Part shown: positions 1 to 13,739 of the stretch, one piece after another
Layout of the letters: every line of letters begins with the position of its first letter
Position numbering within the stretch: position 1 is the first letter of the stretch
NCBI GenBank assembly: GCA_008632985.1
Contig: QPGO01000028.1
Span: 305,598-369,597 of the forward strand
Reading direction: 5' to 3'
DNA length: 64,000 bases
From: Psammoneis japonica
Lineage: Eukaryota
The notes under the pieces: generated by a model
Databases searched by the model: none
The model's input: the letters and a program-made list of their open reading frames with translations, nothing else
What the model was told of the DNA's origin: nothing
Position numbers and translations under genes: made by a program

Positions 1-2218
1 GCAGTGTGACAAAGCTCATGGATGATCTGAATTGTGCACCCGCTGTGCCAAATTGCAAAGGTGCAGCAGTGGCTGTCTGTTGAAGCAGCACCTCAATGTG
101 TTGAAGGCAGAGCATTGTTGACATCTTGGCTGAAGGCAATGGCAAAGCATGGGGTGGGTCCATGCTTGTTTGGGAGTTGCCAGATCTGCCACCACCAAAC
201 TGCAAAGGTGTGGCAGTGGATGGCTGTCTGGGCAGTGTCTCAACATGTCAGAGGTGGTGTTGGCACCATGGCTGAAGGCCAGGTCCTGGCATGGGGTGGG
301 TCCCTGTGCCTTTGCCAGGTGGGCTTGTTGGAGAGCAAATGGTGCAACCAGCCTTCCTGAGTGCTGGGTCTGTTCACACCCACCTGCCCCTCTCCCACAT
401 GTGCTCCATCCCTCTGCATCTCAACACATTGGGGGCACTCTTGATTGGTTTTTCCAACAAACTTTGATGCCAATGAGCATCTCATGGTTGCATGCAAGCC
501 ACACCACTGCCATCCAAAATGATGCTGATTTTGCACAAATCTGGTTCGCGCAGCTGGCAGAAGCCAACATTCACACACCTTTCATTCATCTTGCTGCCAT
601 GAGAATGTGCCTTGAAATCATTGGCACAACAGACAACTGTGTTCTTGAACAGTGCAGGTTGTGACATGTCTCAGTTTTGCTTCCTGGGAGTTTTTCACAG
701 CAGTGCCTCACCTCCTGGGTGTGCAGGAAAGGTGCTCCTCCTCATCTGTCATCTTAGAGAGCTGTTTCCGATCCTTGCACCCAATCTCCTGTGCATGACA
801 AGAGTGTCATTCACTGAGCAATGCTTTTGTCCTTTCTTTGAATGGTGGCAAAAAAGAACAATGCTCTTCGGGGCAAGTGTTTGTGCAAAATGCATGAGTC
901 CACACCTTGCACTGCCAACATGCACTGTTGAACATGCACATTTCCAAGTTGCGTGCAACAAGCTGCAGTGCAGCACAATGGTGCATGATGATGCATGCTG
1001 CCGGTGTCTCACTTTGCAGCATGACCTCTCAACAATGCTTTCACCTGTTGCCCTGTTTCTTGTTTCCTTCTCAATGACAACATTGCGGTGCATCCCACAA
1101 GCTTGGTCCCATTGTGCATCAATGAGCTTTGTCCAAAAAATCTTGTCACTGGCAAGTTGGACAGTCAGCACATTGACAACAGAATGGAAGACAAAAACAT
1201 TTTTGACAACACCAAACACTTTTTAACTGACTGAGCCAGTCTGTGCTGCTCATCACATGATGGAGTGGCAAGTCCAATTTCACCATCAATCACCTCACCA
1301 TCACCGTTGTCTTCACCACCATCAACTGCACCTGTGTCAGAGTGCACTGCTTGCAACACCTCCTCTTGGACCACTTCTTTGGGTGCAGTGCCACCTGATT
1401 CTGAAGACTGAATCTTGGCTTTGAGCTTTGAAACTGAGTCATCATGCTTTTTGCTTTTGTCAGGATTGATCTCCACAATCACAAAATGATGTGGCACACA
1501 AGTCCTTTTTGCACAGTTTCCTGATGTCACCATTCTTCTCCTGCAATTTTGCCTTTGCAGCTGGAAGCAGCTCTTGCAGCTTGGCTCTCATTTCTTCTTT
1601 CTTGTTTGCATCTTCCAATCATTCCAGCCATTTGAATCATTCATCATGAGAAGCAAAAAACTTCAACCAGTTTGGCCTGTGTTCATGAGGCACACTCACA
1701 ATTCCACATTGACCCCCCATCATTCCAATCATGTTGAGACATTTTGCTGTCATTTTGACACTTTGTCCCATTGCTCCAGCATCTTTTTTACCTCTCTCAA
1801 TGTCACATCATTGGCAGCAAGGGCTGCAATCTTCTTTTGAGCATCACCCAAGTCTGCACCAAGATGTGCAGAAGGTTCACAAGATGCATTGCATCCATGC
1901 TTGGGATCTCAATGATGAAACTCAACATGCACAAAGAGATCTTTGCCTTTGACTCTTAATTTGTCTGGAACAAGCTGGAAATGTAAGAGGCCATGGTTTG
2001 CATCCTTTGCTGCCTTGTGTGCTGCTGCAACTTCTGGGTTGGTCATGGCACATTGCATCTGATTCTCAGACAGAGCTGTCATGTCTCAAGATGCTCCAGA
2101 TTCTCTTTTGCTGCTTTGTGGCAAACTCTCAATTGCTGGTGGTCCTTCAAGAGAATCTTGAATGTCCTCAGCAGGCTCTAGATGATGCACTCAAGAGTGA
2201 ATCCTCCATGCAAGTCAA

Positions 2219-3955
2219 TCAAGGGCACAACTCCTTTCTTGTTTTGAGGAGTTGTGCCATGCCACCATGATGGCAGGAGCAGGCACTTGTCAATGTGTGT
2301 GATTCTTCTGCCGTGAAGCTTTCTCCAGCTTGAAGAAATGGTTCAATCCTCTTGCAGTGCTCAGGAAATGAGACATGAGTCCTTGGATCCAAACCAACTT
2401 GTGAGAAGGATTTGGCCCATGTTTCTTCAGTGGCACCATGCAGAATGTGTGAACCAATGTTGATGGTGAGATCCCACTGATCCACTGCCACTCCCTTGCT
2501 GATTTGTGCACTTCTGTGTGACCCAAGCCCATCATGCTTTCGATCTTTGTTGCTGGCTGCTGCCAATTGATCATGTGATTGACTGGCATGTGATGTGCCA
2601 CCTTCTTGTTTCAATGGTGCAACCTTGTTTTACCAATGGCATTCCATGGCTTCCAATGAAGAGAAGTGTGGGCCAAACCCATCAAGAATCTTCAGCATCT
2701 GCCACCACAGGTTGGCTGCCACTGTCAGATGCACACTTGTTCTGTGACCTGACACAACAGCAGGAGTCATTTTTGCCTGCACTTCTTCTGTCATGAAAGC
2801 AGTCAAGGTCATGATGATTGTGGAGCCTTTTGCAGCATCCCACTTTCTAAGATGCACATCTGGCACACCCGGCATGCCTCCTCTCTCTGGCAAGAACAAA
2901 AACAGCAGGGCCCTGGCCTCCAGCAGCAGTTCCCACATGACAAACCAATGTTGACACACTGGAGTCATGCAAAATTTTCTCATGTTTCTTTTTGCTGGCA
3001 GAACCAACAATGCAGATGTTTCCATTCAACACAGTGAAGCAAGACTTGTCCCCTGTCTGAACAAAATGCTGAGAGCGACCTCTCCAAAAAGCTTGCCCAT
3101 CATCCCACAGTGACCAACATTCCTGCTCTTGAGAAAGTTCAAAGAATTCTCATCCTTTGTAAACCAGCAATGCTGACCAGCTGTTGCAGCTGCAGTTGGT
3201 TTGGTTGTTGTTGCTTGAGCCTTTTGTTCTTTCTTTTTGACAGTTTCTGAATGATTTGGCTGCAGCAGTGTCCTTTGGAGGTGGTCTGTTGCACTCTTGC
3301 AGCTTTTTACATCAAGGCATGCTGCTGGCTCAACTGCCAGATCAACACATTTGGTTTTTGAAAGTCCATGGTTGGCTCTGCAGAGCTCAGCAATTGATTG
3401 CTCAATCACCTCTGGGGATGTTGCGTCGACAATCAGCTTTCTTCTCTGGTGCTTTTGCCAGTCTGATGTCATTTTGCAGGTCATTGTTGACACACTTTCT
3501 GAAGGCATTGATTGGCACTCCAACAACATTGGCAAATGCACTTCCATTGAATGAGCTTCTCCATTGCCATCTCAATGCTGGTCCTTCTTGCCAAGCCACT
3601 CATTCACTGCATCCATCATGATTGACAGATGAGGCTTCTTGTGCCAATTCGTCCTTGGTTTCTTTGCTGCAATGGACTCATCACTCTTGCCACCATCCAC
3701 CAATGCACTTCTTGTCTTGATCATTCTTGGCTGCAGCAGTCTTCTTGCCAGACCCTTTCTTTGTTGTCTTGAGCACAGCAGAAAGTTTCTCGTCAACTCT
3801 GGGGCAGCGCTGCTGGCAGCACCCTGCACAAGCATTGCTTTCTTCTTCTTTGGATGACCACAACACTTGTTTTTTAAGAAAAAGTCAGTTGCAAAAGAAA
3901 GCTTTGCCTTTTTTGCATTTTTCTGTGTTTTGAGAGGCTTTGAAGGTGGTGCCAT
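2219..3955 (-). mobile_element. Degenerate pogo/Tc1-mariner-type (DDE_1-like) transposase, frameshifted
   Basis: Minus-strand fragments from MAPPSKPLK (ATG 3955) through ILDGFGPH (~2664-2690) and GTSHASQSHDQ resemble the DDE_1 LDG.xSH ... TSHxxQxxD motifs. Multiple frameshifts; 3' limit uncertain. Confidence 0.55.
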
Positions 3956-4589
3956 GGTTGATCTTTGAAAGAAAAATGAGGCACCAAATCTTGGTGGCAT
4001 CCCACACACCGGCAGAAATCAGTGTTGTTTCTGCTGCATGTGTGACACAAAATTGCCTTGGTGTGCAACATTGATCCCATCATCAGTCATGTGGAACATT
4101 TTTAGAGGGACAAAAAATGACAACAACATGCAGAAATTTGGAGTTGCACAATTTTTTTTTGTGGCCAGGAGCACAATGAGATCTTTCATTTGCGCACGTC
4201 AAAAGGGCAAGAAAATGGAAAATTGAAGTTTTTTCAGGTCTGCATTTCTTGGCTCAAATTGCATGACTCTTGCAGCAGCCAGCTTTTACAGCATCACAGA
4301 GCAGCAGGTGTGGCAGCAAGCAACTGTGGAAAACAGAACAGAAAATGGCAAGGTCAGCCTGGGTCAGCCCATTGCTTGTTCTGTCAAGTGCCTTTTCTTG
4401 CAACTCATTGTGAAATCACATCTCACCTTTGCCAAGGATCAACATCCTCCATTCAAGGTCTCTCTTAATTTTTTCACCATTGTGCACACTGTTCACAAGC
4501 ATGTGTTGTGTTGTGCAACAACAGAAGTGGCAGCCACTGCAAGGATTGTCCTCACTTCCAAAACAAGAGGCTTGCAATCAGACAAACAG

Positions 4590-4850
4590 CAAGAACAAGT
4601 CTTTCAACAAGCAAAGCAATCCCTGCCAGCATGGCTGTTCAAGATGGAATTCATGCACATGTTGTCCATGGAAGCAGCAAAGAAAATTCCTGACCAAAGC
4701 TTGGATTTTGCACACATTGATGCTCACCATGATTGTTGCGGTGTGTCAAGGAAGATGTTGAAGCTTTCCACCCACCAAAGCTTTGACTGGGTGGCATGTT
4801 GGCAGGCCACAATTTCTTGAATGCAGATGAAGTTTCAGCAGACCAACTGC
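4590..4850 (+). pseudogene. Class I SAM-dependent methyltransferase (Methyltransf_24-like) fragment
   Basis: DQSLDFAHIDAHHDCCGV followed, after a frameshift, by GMLAGHNF resembles the SLDFVYIDARHDY...GGILAGHDY motif with Y->H and Y->C changes. Confidence 0.6.
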
Positions 4851-5205
4851 TGTCTGCAGTCAGACTGTGTGAGGATGACAGAGAGACTCTTTGGACAGAC
4901 AAGCAGCTCTTTCTCTCTTGCCAGTGCTCGTGTCATCCACCATTGCCAGTTTGCAGGGAGCTCTTTGGCTCATTGCTCTTGCCATTGGTGCTCTGTCAGG
5001 TTGTGGCCTCATCATTTCATTGTTCCTCTGCTTTGAAACTCCCACTGTGGTTCATTTGGTTTGTGAGCTGAACAAGCATGCCACCATTTTTGATCCTGGA
5101 ACAGAGTTTTTCACGATGCCAAAGACAATTTTCTGGTTTCTGGGCTGCAGAATCACACTGAGCTCTGTGTGTTTTTTGGTCAAGAATCATTGCACCGATC
5201 TCACC

Positions 5206-8200
5206 ATGGCACACCTCACTCCCAAAAAGGGCACCATTGACACCCTTGCCAAGATCTCTGTGGCATTCAAACCACACCCTTGCCAACAAAACACAACTGA
5301 GCATCTGAATGGCTTGCACGGTGGCTCTGTCATCAATCTGGATCAGTTCTTTGACAACAACAAACATGATGCACAATCAAAAGATGGTGTTGTTGACCTC
5401 CTTGCTGACCATGTCATTCAAGCAACAATCCTTCAGGAGACTGCGCACCCCCCCACAGAGAAGCTTCCGGTTGCACACTTGATTGACAAGTCCCCCATGT
5501 GCATCACCACTGGGACTGCAGATGACTCGCTGTCTTGTCTTTCATGTCAGATGTCAGATCACAAGACCAGGACTGCTCTCAAGATCAAGCATGCAAAAGC
5601 AATCATTGCAGTCAACCCCAGGAACATTCATTTCAATCCCAACATGAAACATTCTCACCAGGATTGGAGTGAGTTCTCTGACACACCCCACATCTGCAAA
5701 TGCATGCACCAAAAACCCCACCGCCATTGTTCACAAGTTCAAGTGGAGTCAAAACTCTCCCTGATGATGATCCTGTGAAATCATGTTGAGATCAGGGGAG
5801 AGAAGAGGAACCCGTTGAGCCATTTGAACAGGAACATTCCAATTGTCCCAAGGAATCAGGATTTGCTGCCCTCAACTCCATCCATGTGTCTCTGTCCATC
5901 CCTTCATGGACATCTCCCAATGTCACTTTTGACACCAAATGCAAGATTTTTGACGTCAATGCCATCAAATTTTTGTCCAATGAACACTGTGCACAGTTTG
6001 ACACTGGTGCCTGTGTCTCCTGTGCAGGTGACCAAAATCTCCCACACAACTGCCAGGCTTTTACACTCAATGACCCGTGTCCCCTCAAGATCAATCCGGC
6101 ACTTGGTGGTGCTGCTGTTCCCATGGCTTTGGTCACTTGTGTGTCCCAGCTGCAACCAAGGAAAGCAACATTGCTGTCCATGCATGCTGTCATCCCAAGC
6201 CCCAATCAACTTTGGTGGTCAAGCAGGCTTTCCACACAGCCAATGGTGGATGCAAACAAGATTTCATGGCAGATTGTGTTTGCTGAAATTTCACAATCAA
6301 GGAACCTGTGAGTGTGTTGCAAAACATTGCCTTTGCAAGGCTCAAGACATCATCACATCCATGGTCAACTTGTCAGTGGCAAGTGTTTGACCCATTCTTT
6401 GATCCTCCCAGAATTGGTGAGACATGCTTGACACAGCAACATTGGAGCTCAAGACTCTGCTGACCACAAGTTTGCTGAGGAATGTGATGCCATGGTGGCA
6501 TGTGTGATCAACACCTGCAAAGAGAACCAAGTGAATGCCATGAAAGAACAATGCAAGCTCATCCCCCAAGTCCACCAAGACATTCCCTTCAAGATGCCCC
6601 TTGAGAACAAAGTGCCCATCAGTCCAATCCCTCAAGGCTGATGTGGGGTGCATGCTCTGGCATCAATGCCTTGGCCTTCCCAGTGATCACCACTTGTGCA
6701 ATGCCTGCAAATGTGTCAAGGGTGTTCCCAAGCTTGCTCATAGAAAATCTTCTTTGGATGCTTGTCCTGCTTGCATTTGAGTGAAACAGACAAAGAGCCC
6801 TGCTGGTCCCAACTCCACCCGCACCACGACCCAGCCCCATCAAGGTCTGGCAGTGGATTTTGCATTTTCCAGCATCAAGTTTTGAAGAATGAAGAATGTG
6901 CTGTGGATTGTGTTGGCCTCAATGGGGAAACTCATTGGATTCTTGTCTGCTGTGATTGCTGCACCCATCATCTCCATGTCTCTGCTCATGTCTCCAAGGC
7001 TTCTCCAATCAAATGGATTTGCCATTTTTTGGAGGACCACTTGCCAAAATGTCAAGATGAATGTGTGTTTGTGGATCAAGATGGGAAGTTGTACAGAAAC
7101 CCAGCAGTGCAAAGACTTTTTGAACATGACTTTTGGTGTGACATGCACCCAACTGGCATTGGTGCCTCTCACCAAAATGGCCCCATTGAATGTGGCCACT
7201 TGACTGTGCAGAATGCTGTTTGAGCACTCCTCATTGGAGCAGGTTTGCCCATCAAGTTTTGGCCTTGTGCTTTCTGCCATTACACTGGCATCAAGAATGC
7301 AATCCCTTCAAAAGATCAGGATGTCTCCCCTGCTGCTCTTGCCACACAGGACAGGTTGAAGACTCCACTGGTTTTTGTGCCTTCAGATGCCATGTTTGGG
7401 CTTGCAAGAACACCAAGCACCCTGCAAAGATGCGGGACAACTCTGCCAAAGACATTTCCCTGGAGTGCATGCCGGATGCAACCAAGAACAATGTGTGGCA
7501 TAATCCCGCATCTGACCTTGTCAAGATGGAAATGCATTTTTGTTTTGACAAAGGTGTGAGTGATGTTCCCCATGACCAAATGCTGCCAAATGTCATTCTT
7601 CTTCAGCAGATGCAGAATGGTGAACCGTTTCCGGCCAAGGAAGAAGAAACTTCTGTCAAACAGCTCCACTTTGCTGGCAAACCTTTTGCTGAGATGCTTC
7701 AGTGCAACATGCAATGGTCTGCATTGGATCCAAAGCATGGTGTGACCTTCAAGACTGACAAGCTCTTCAACCATGCTTGCTTCTCCAATGTCAAGTGTGG
7801 CAGCTCTGTGGCTCATTTGTTCTCCTCTCTCTTCAAGGCTGCTTGGGACAAGATCTGAGGTGTGTGTGTTGCACCCATTGATGCCACGGATGTTTTCGCA
7901 CAACAGCAGGTCAAACAAGATGAACTCCAATGCCTGTGCAATGCTGACACTCCCTCCTTTGACATTGTTTTTGCACTGGAATGATGCCTTGACTCCCATC
8001 AGCTCCAACATGCCTTGATTGAACATGACACATTCTTGCCTCCTCCTCTGGAAGATGAAGAACATGTTGCTGAGCTGACAATGGCAGATGCACGCATTGT
8101 TGCAGCCTTGCACCATTTTCCTGATGTTGACTTCTCAGTCTTGGATGATGTGGAACCCAAATCTGCACCAACAACAGACCATGAACAGGGTGCTTTCAAC

Positions 8201-8785
8201 ATTTCTGTGATCTCATCTCATGCCATTGCACCAGAAGAGCACGCTCTGGACAGTTTTGCTTGCAACAGCTTAAGAAACTGCCTCTGCGGAACAAGTGGCA
8301 TGAGGGTGAATTCACCCAGCTTGATCATTTTCATGCTCTTGGAATGTTTGGTGCACCAATTGAACAACTGAAGGGTGCGATTGCACTCTGGCTGCATTGG
8401 CAATGCAATGTCAAGACAGATGGAACTTCATGCTCTCACCATTGCTGTGACAGTTCCTCATGTGCTGCTCCTGCTTCACATTGTCTCCAGTCTGTCCACT
8501 CCTCCTGCATGGAACAACTGACTCAGCATTTGTTTTTTGCACTCTTGGCATCACAATGGGATGTTGAGTGCATTCTGGTGATGCACAAGATGCACATGCA
8601 TGCTCACCCAGTCCTTCAACACTGGCACATGTTCAGATCAACAAGGCTCATGCCACTTGGAGCAAGGATTGTTTTGGCATTGATTCAGATGATTGGTCCA
8701 TGGTGCTGCCAATCCCACATGCCTTACAAGGACACCTTGAGCCAGGGGCACTCGGGGAGAACAATGTCAACAAGATCATCATGGA
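5206..8785 (+). mobile_element. Degenerate Ty1/Copia gag-pol (diatom CoDi-like), 3'-truncated
   Basis: Protease-like FDTGA (~5997). Integrase core VDQDGKLY...PTGIGASHQNGPIE..H (~7070-7200). RT N-terminal part GDAQDAH..SP and VLPIPHALQGH.E.G (~8570-8760). Order PR-IN-RT is Copia. Confidence 0.85.
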
Positions 8786-9525
8786 TGAGCCACAGCCTTC
8801 ATGACACTGGAGACCAGCCAGACAACACCACTTGAGACCAGCTGGACAATGCCACTTGAGACTAGCCAGGCAGTGCCATTCAAGTCCAGACATGTGCTGA
8901 TCAAGAGGACATGCCACTTGAGACTGGCCAGATGATGCCACTTGAGACCAGACATTTGCTGCTGCTTGAGACAATGCGCCACTCAAGACTGGCCAGATGA
9001 CACCAGTGGCCAGACGATGCCACTTGATGCTGGCTAGATGACACCATTGGAGACTGGAAATTTGCTGCTGGAGACAACACCATCAATGTTCGTTGCAACA
9101 ATGAATTCCAGCCTGCATTGGGCCTGAGCTCAAAGACAAGTTTGATCTCACAACAGATGTCAGGAGAAGCAGCTGATCCTTCTGAGCCACAGCCTTCATG
9201 CCGCTGGAGACCAGCTGGACAATGCCACTTGAGACCAGCCAGGCAATGCCATTCAAGACCAGACATGTGCTGATCAAGAGGACATGCCACTTGAGACTGG
9301 CCAGATGATGCCACTTGAGACCAGACATTTGCTGCTGCTTGAGACAACACGCCACTCAAGACTGGCCAGATGACACCAGTGGCCAGACGATGCCACTCGA
9401 TGCTGGCTGTAGATGACACCATTCAAGACTGGAAATTTGCTGCTGGAGACAACACCATCAACGTTCATTGCAACAATGAATTCCAGCCTGCATTGGGCCT
9501 GAGCTCAAAGACAAGTTTGATCTTA
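8786..9525. repeat. Two-copy ~370-400 bp duplication built from a 24-bp minisatellite (unit ~CCACTTGAGACCAGCTGGACAATG)
   Basis: 8786-9150 is repeated at 9184-9525. Each copy holds several 24-bp units and ends in a ~60-bp piece of the family-A integrase (matches 29790-29848). Confidence 0.9.
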
Positions 9526-10731
9526 TGACAAACTGCACAAGTGCTCAGGAACATGCCCCAGAAGCCAAAAGGAACAACCGTGTCATTTGGGAACACACCA
9601 GGGCAGTCCATCATCAACTGCCATTCAAGCATCTTCCAAAACTCATGGTCAAAGTCATCATCACTGAAGCTGCCAGAAAGCTCAATCAATTTCCAGCCAA
9701 GCATGGCATTTCAAAATGCTGCAGTCCAAGAATGATTCTCCATCAAAAGAATCTTGACTGTGACAAGAGCTGCAAGGTTGCATTTCACACTTGCATGCAG
9801 GCTTGCAATGACCCGGACATGGAACACCCAAGAGTTGAGGACCCTGGATTGCATTCATTTGCACCCCACCAACAGCAACCAGGTCTCAGACACAAGGTGC
9901 TGCACTTGCACACAGGCAAGAAGAGATCACCCATTGCAAGGTCACCCCTGTGCCCATCACTCCCTCCATCATCAAACGAGTTCATCAATTGGCTGAACTG
10001 AACCAGATGCCCCATGGTCTCAAGATTGAGAACCACACTGGAATCATTTTGTACGACACTGCTTGGCTTGCAGGAGTGGATTGTGATGAAGAAGACATTG
10101 AAACAGAGGATGACAAGGACAAAGAACTGGACTGGGGAGAGTGTGACAAAGTCAGCCAAGAAGAGCAACAAGAAATCATTCAAGATCAAGAATTGGATGA
10201 AGAAGCCAGCTTCATTGACATGAAACCAGGAGAAATGCCCCAAGATGTGCATCTGGAAGAAAATGATGAAGTTGCTTCTCAACTGTCTGATGGGGGTGGA
10301 ATCTCCAAAGAAATCAATGAAATGATTGAGCTCTTTGATCAGAATCAAAACAAGGAAGTCTCTCTAGAAGTGCAAGAGCTCATTGACAAAATGCAAGAGC
10401 CGGAATCCAAAGAAGCGAACACAGCAAGGAGCAGAGTGAATCCAAAGAGAGTGATGAGGAAGAGCCTGCTGCCACATCAAGATCAAGAAGGACTCTGAAA
10501 CCTCCAATTGGATTTGGTGACTGCCTATGTCATCTGCAGACTCAAGCTCACACCAAAGTTGAAGAGTGCAGTCTGGAGACAGCCAGAATCATGACCACAA
10601 CAATGTGCCAATGGAACAAGAATTTCAGCATGATTTCCACTGTTGAGTGAAGCCAGCAATTTGCTCAGACTTGCAGCTTGGCACAAGGACTCCAGAAGTT
10701 TGGAGAATCAGGCTGCAAGTCAGCCGTGTCA
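9525..10731 (+). mobile_element. Copia family A fragment (integrase C-half to start of RT)
   Basis: Clear nucleotide homology to ~29850-31107 (AQEHAPEAKRNNRV, PITPSIIKRVHQLAE, QTCSLAQGLQKFG). Confidence 0.9.
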
Positions 10732-12318
10732 TGTGCATGCCAGCCCAGCCTGAAACAGTGGATTTCATTCCAGTGGATTCTCTTGCAGAGGAGTTGGCAA
10801 CACTGGCATCATCACTTGCTTGAGCATTGCTGGCTTCTTGCTTGGCCTTGGCCTTGTTGATGGCCTGCTCTGCTTGAGGTTTTCCATGCATCTCCCAGCA
10901 GTTGTTGGAATGATGCCCCCCTTTCTGCAGCAGTGACACTTGCCTTCTAACTGAGCAAAGGACAGGGTGAGTTCTTGGTTTTCCTCCTTTTCCATGGATT
11001 CAGAGCTGTTGCTCCAATTGTTCTTGTTTTGGTTGTTGTTGGTCTTGCCAACACAGTTGAGCTTGTGGTTGCTCAACACAGAGTTGGCTTCCACAATGGA
11101 CTTGGGACATTGGTCATTTCTGAGCAACTCTGCTGGGTGTTCAATCCTGTCAGAATGGAACCGCATTTACGTTGATCTGCACTCTCCAAGCAAATGCAGC
11201 CCATCAACTGGCTGAACACCTGTTCTTGACACGTCTTGACAGCATCTGCATCATTTTCATTGCAGTCAGACATTCCTTCTGCCACTTTAGTGAGGATGAT
11301 TGGTCCTCCAATGTGAGACTTCATGATGTCTCTTGTGACCCTGAATTGCTTGGTGTGGTCTTGGAGACTCTCTTTCTCCTTCTGTTTGGTTCTGATCATG
11401 GCTCTTGCAGAATCTAAAATGATTGCCATGTTGCATCTGTGCTCTTGACAATTCAATGCATGCTCCTGAATTGCCTTGAGCAGCTCAATGGGGTTGGGTT
11501 GTTCTCAATCTTGGTCTCAAAGTCAGATCTTGCCTGGATCTTGTTCTTCATTGCCTTGGAGCACCTCTCCCAGAGCAAAGGATGAGCCTTGATCAGGTTG
11601 TTCTCACAAGTCTAGGTTCTTTTGATGTGAGCATTGAATTGCATCTTGAACTCAATTTTGTGCTGCTTGTTCAATGATGGCACATCAATCTTCTTGTCTC
11701 CTGTTGAGCTGACCTCAAGAGTCAGCTTCTTGAATTTCATGTCGCATGGAGTGTAAGTCTTGAGTGCAGCTGCAATGTCACCTCCAAACTCACAAGTTTT
11801 CTTGATGTGTTTTAAGATGAATTCAATTGCAATCTAAAAATCGGGTGCTTGCTTGGCACTCCCAATGCAGTGAACGCAATCGTTGATGCTCTTTGTGGCC
11901 TTTCTTGCCACTCTTGTTTCCTCTTCCATGGGATCCTCTTCCCTGGCTTCTGTTGCCAACTCTGCCTCTGCCTCTTCCACTCATGATGAAATGGCAAAGC
12001 AGCAAAACATCTCACACACAGCAACAATGACTCTTTTCTTTTTTCTTTCTTTTCAGCTGGATTGCTCTCTTTTAACTGTTGATTTTCACCCTTCTGGTGA
12101 CTGTTTCAGAGCCACCTCAGTCCTCCATGGTCGTCTGATCCTGAGGGCAAAATGGACAAGCTTGTTGTCACAATGCTTTCTAAGAGTTAAAAGAGAACAC
12201 AATGACTGCTTCTGTGGCAGTCCACATGCTTCACGTGGAGCACATGAGTGCTGACGCGCACGTCTTCTTTGCACCATCTAATTTCAACACATGAGCCGTT
12301 AAATCTTGTTTTCCAACA
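10732..12318 (-). mobile_element. Copia family A 5' fragment (5' LTR 12077-12318, leader, gag), inverted
   Basis: Reverse complement of 12077-12318 is a TGTTGG...CAACA LTR homologous to 27466-27703. Gag MSGRGRGR..., RTKQKEKESLQDHTK..., SFAQLEGKCHCC is homologous to 27806-28930. Confidence 0.9.
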
Positions 12319-13739
12319 ACTTTCTTCCCTTTTCTCTAGAGCCAAGAGTGCCACAGAAATCGCAAGCAAGACAAACAGTTTCAAGGCTGGCGCATTCATA
12401 GAATGAAGAAAGAAAAGTTGGTGGGCACCAAATGGAGGTGAAGTTGCCTCTGAAGCAAGTGCCAGCAGTGCATGGGTTCTTGAAGAGTGTGGCAGCAGTG
12501 GCAAACATGACAGTGGCATTCATTGGGGTGCCTTTTCTTTTGCTCTGATGGAAGGAGTTGGAGCTGCCACTTTTCACCATAATCAGGGGGCTCTGTGATC
12601 TTCAATCTGTCAAGTGTGAGCCGAAATTGAAATGAGAAAGTTGTGAGAACTGAGTCTGAATCACAGCAAAATCACAGGAAGGAGCTTTCAGCTAATTTTG
12701 GATTTCTCTCACCTCTCTTTTCATGGGTGCACTTGTCAGAAAGAAGTGTGTCATGTCACACAATGGCACCTCTGGCAGGAAAAGTTTGGTGGCAAAACAG
12801 CTCATTGGTTGTTGCTGCGCAAGTTGTGAGAATCAGGTGAGAACAGCTGCAAAATCACAGGAAGGATTTTCCACCCATTTTGGGTTTTTTCTCACCTCTC
12901 TTTTCATGTGCTGAAAAAGTGTGTCAAATTTCTTGCAAACTGTCATCATGTGTCAGAATGCCAAATCTTGTCTCAAAAGTCCAAAGGGTGAGAAATCTTT
13001 TTCAGTGCCAGCAGAAATGTGTCACACAAGCACCAGAAAATTTAGAGGGACAAATCATTTTGGAAAAGTGTGCCAACCTTGCATCGGGTGTCGGCCCTGT
13101 GTCTTTTTCATTGAAACACAATGAAGCACAGAGATCTCAGGTGGTGTCTGTGTTTGGGTTTTGCCCCCACAAAAATTCTCTTTGGCCTTGTTGCAATGAT
13201 GGGGAAGAAACAGTGCCAGTTGATGAGGTTGTTTGTCATTAAAGGGGTTTTGCAAGAATTGAAATTGGTCTGCAACAGGTTGCTGTTGTGGTGGGATTCA
13301 TGCATGCCAGCAGCACAGGGCTGCACCAGGCACTTCCACCAAATGGTTTGAGAGGCTCCTTGGCCATCGGCACAAGCATTCAACAGCAGCTGCCACCTCT
13401 TGTCTGCTGGAATCTTTGTCAGAGTTGAGTTGTGGTGTTGCTCTGACAGAGAAGCACCTGGTCCTAAGTCTGTTCCAATGAAAGGACTGGATCTCAAAGC
13501 AGAAGCAAGGTGACTGCCAAATGGATGCTTGATGACACATGACACAATTCGATGGCATTGCAGCAAGCAAATGGACCAGCTGTTGAGTCCCATGGAGCCG
13601 TCCGAGATTGCCCTCAAGAGAAAATCTGGGCTCATTGAGTTTTGTGTCTCTCTAGAGCAGAGATTGTCTTGACATCTGGGCATTCAAGCACACAGCATTG
13701 TTAAAGATAAACTTAAAAATTGCTGTAGAACGACAGCTG

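Noticed and set aside
1..360. Possible ankyrin-like repeat relic (recurring CAGTGG.TG / CATGGGGTGGGTCC blocks)
   Set aside because: Too degenerate to support a family call by eye.
8786..9525. CRISPR-like array
   Set aside because: The units are adjacent degenerate 24-mers without unique spacers, there are no cas genes, and the context is eukaryotic.
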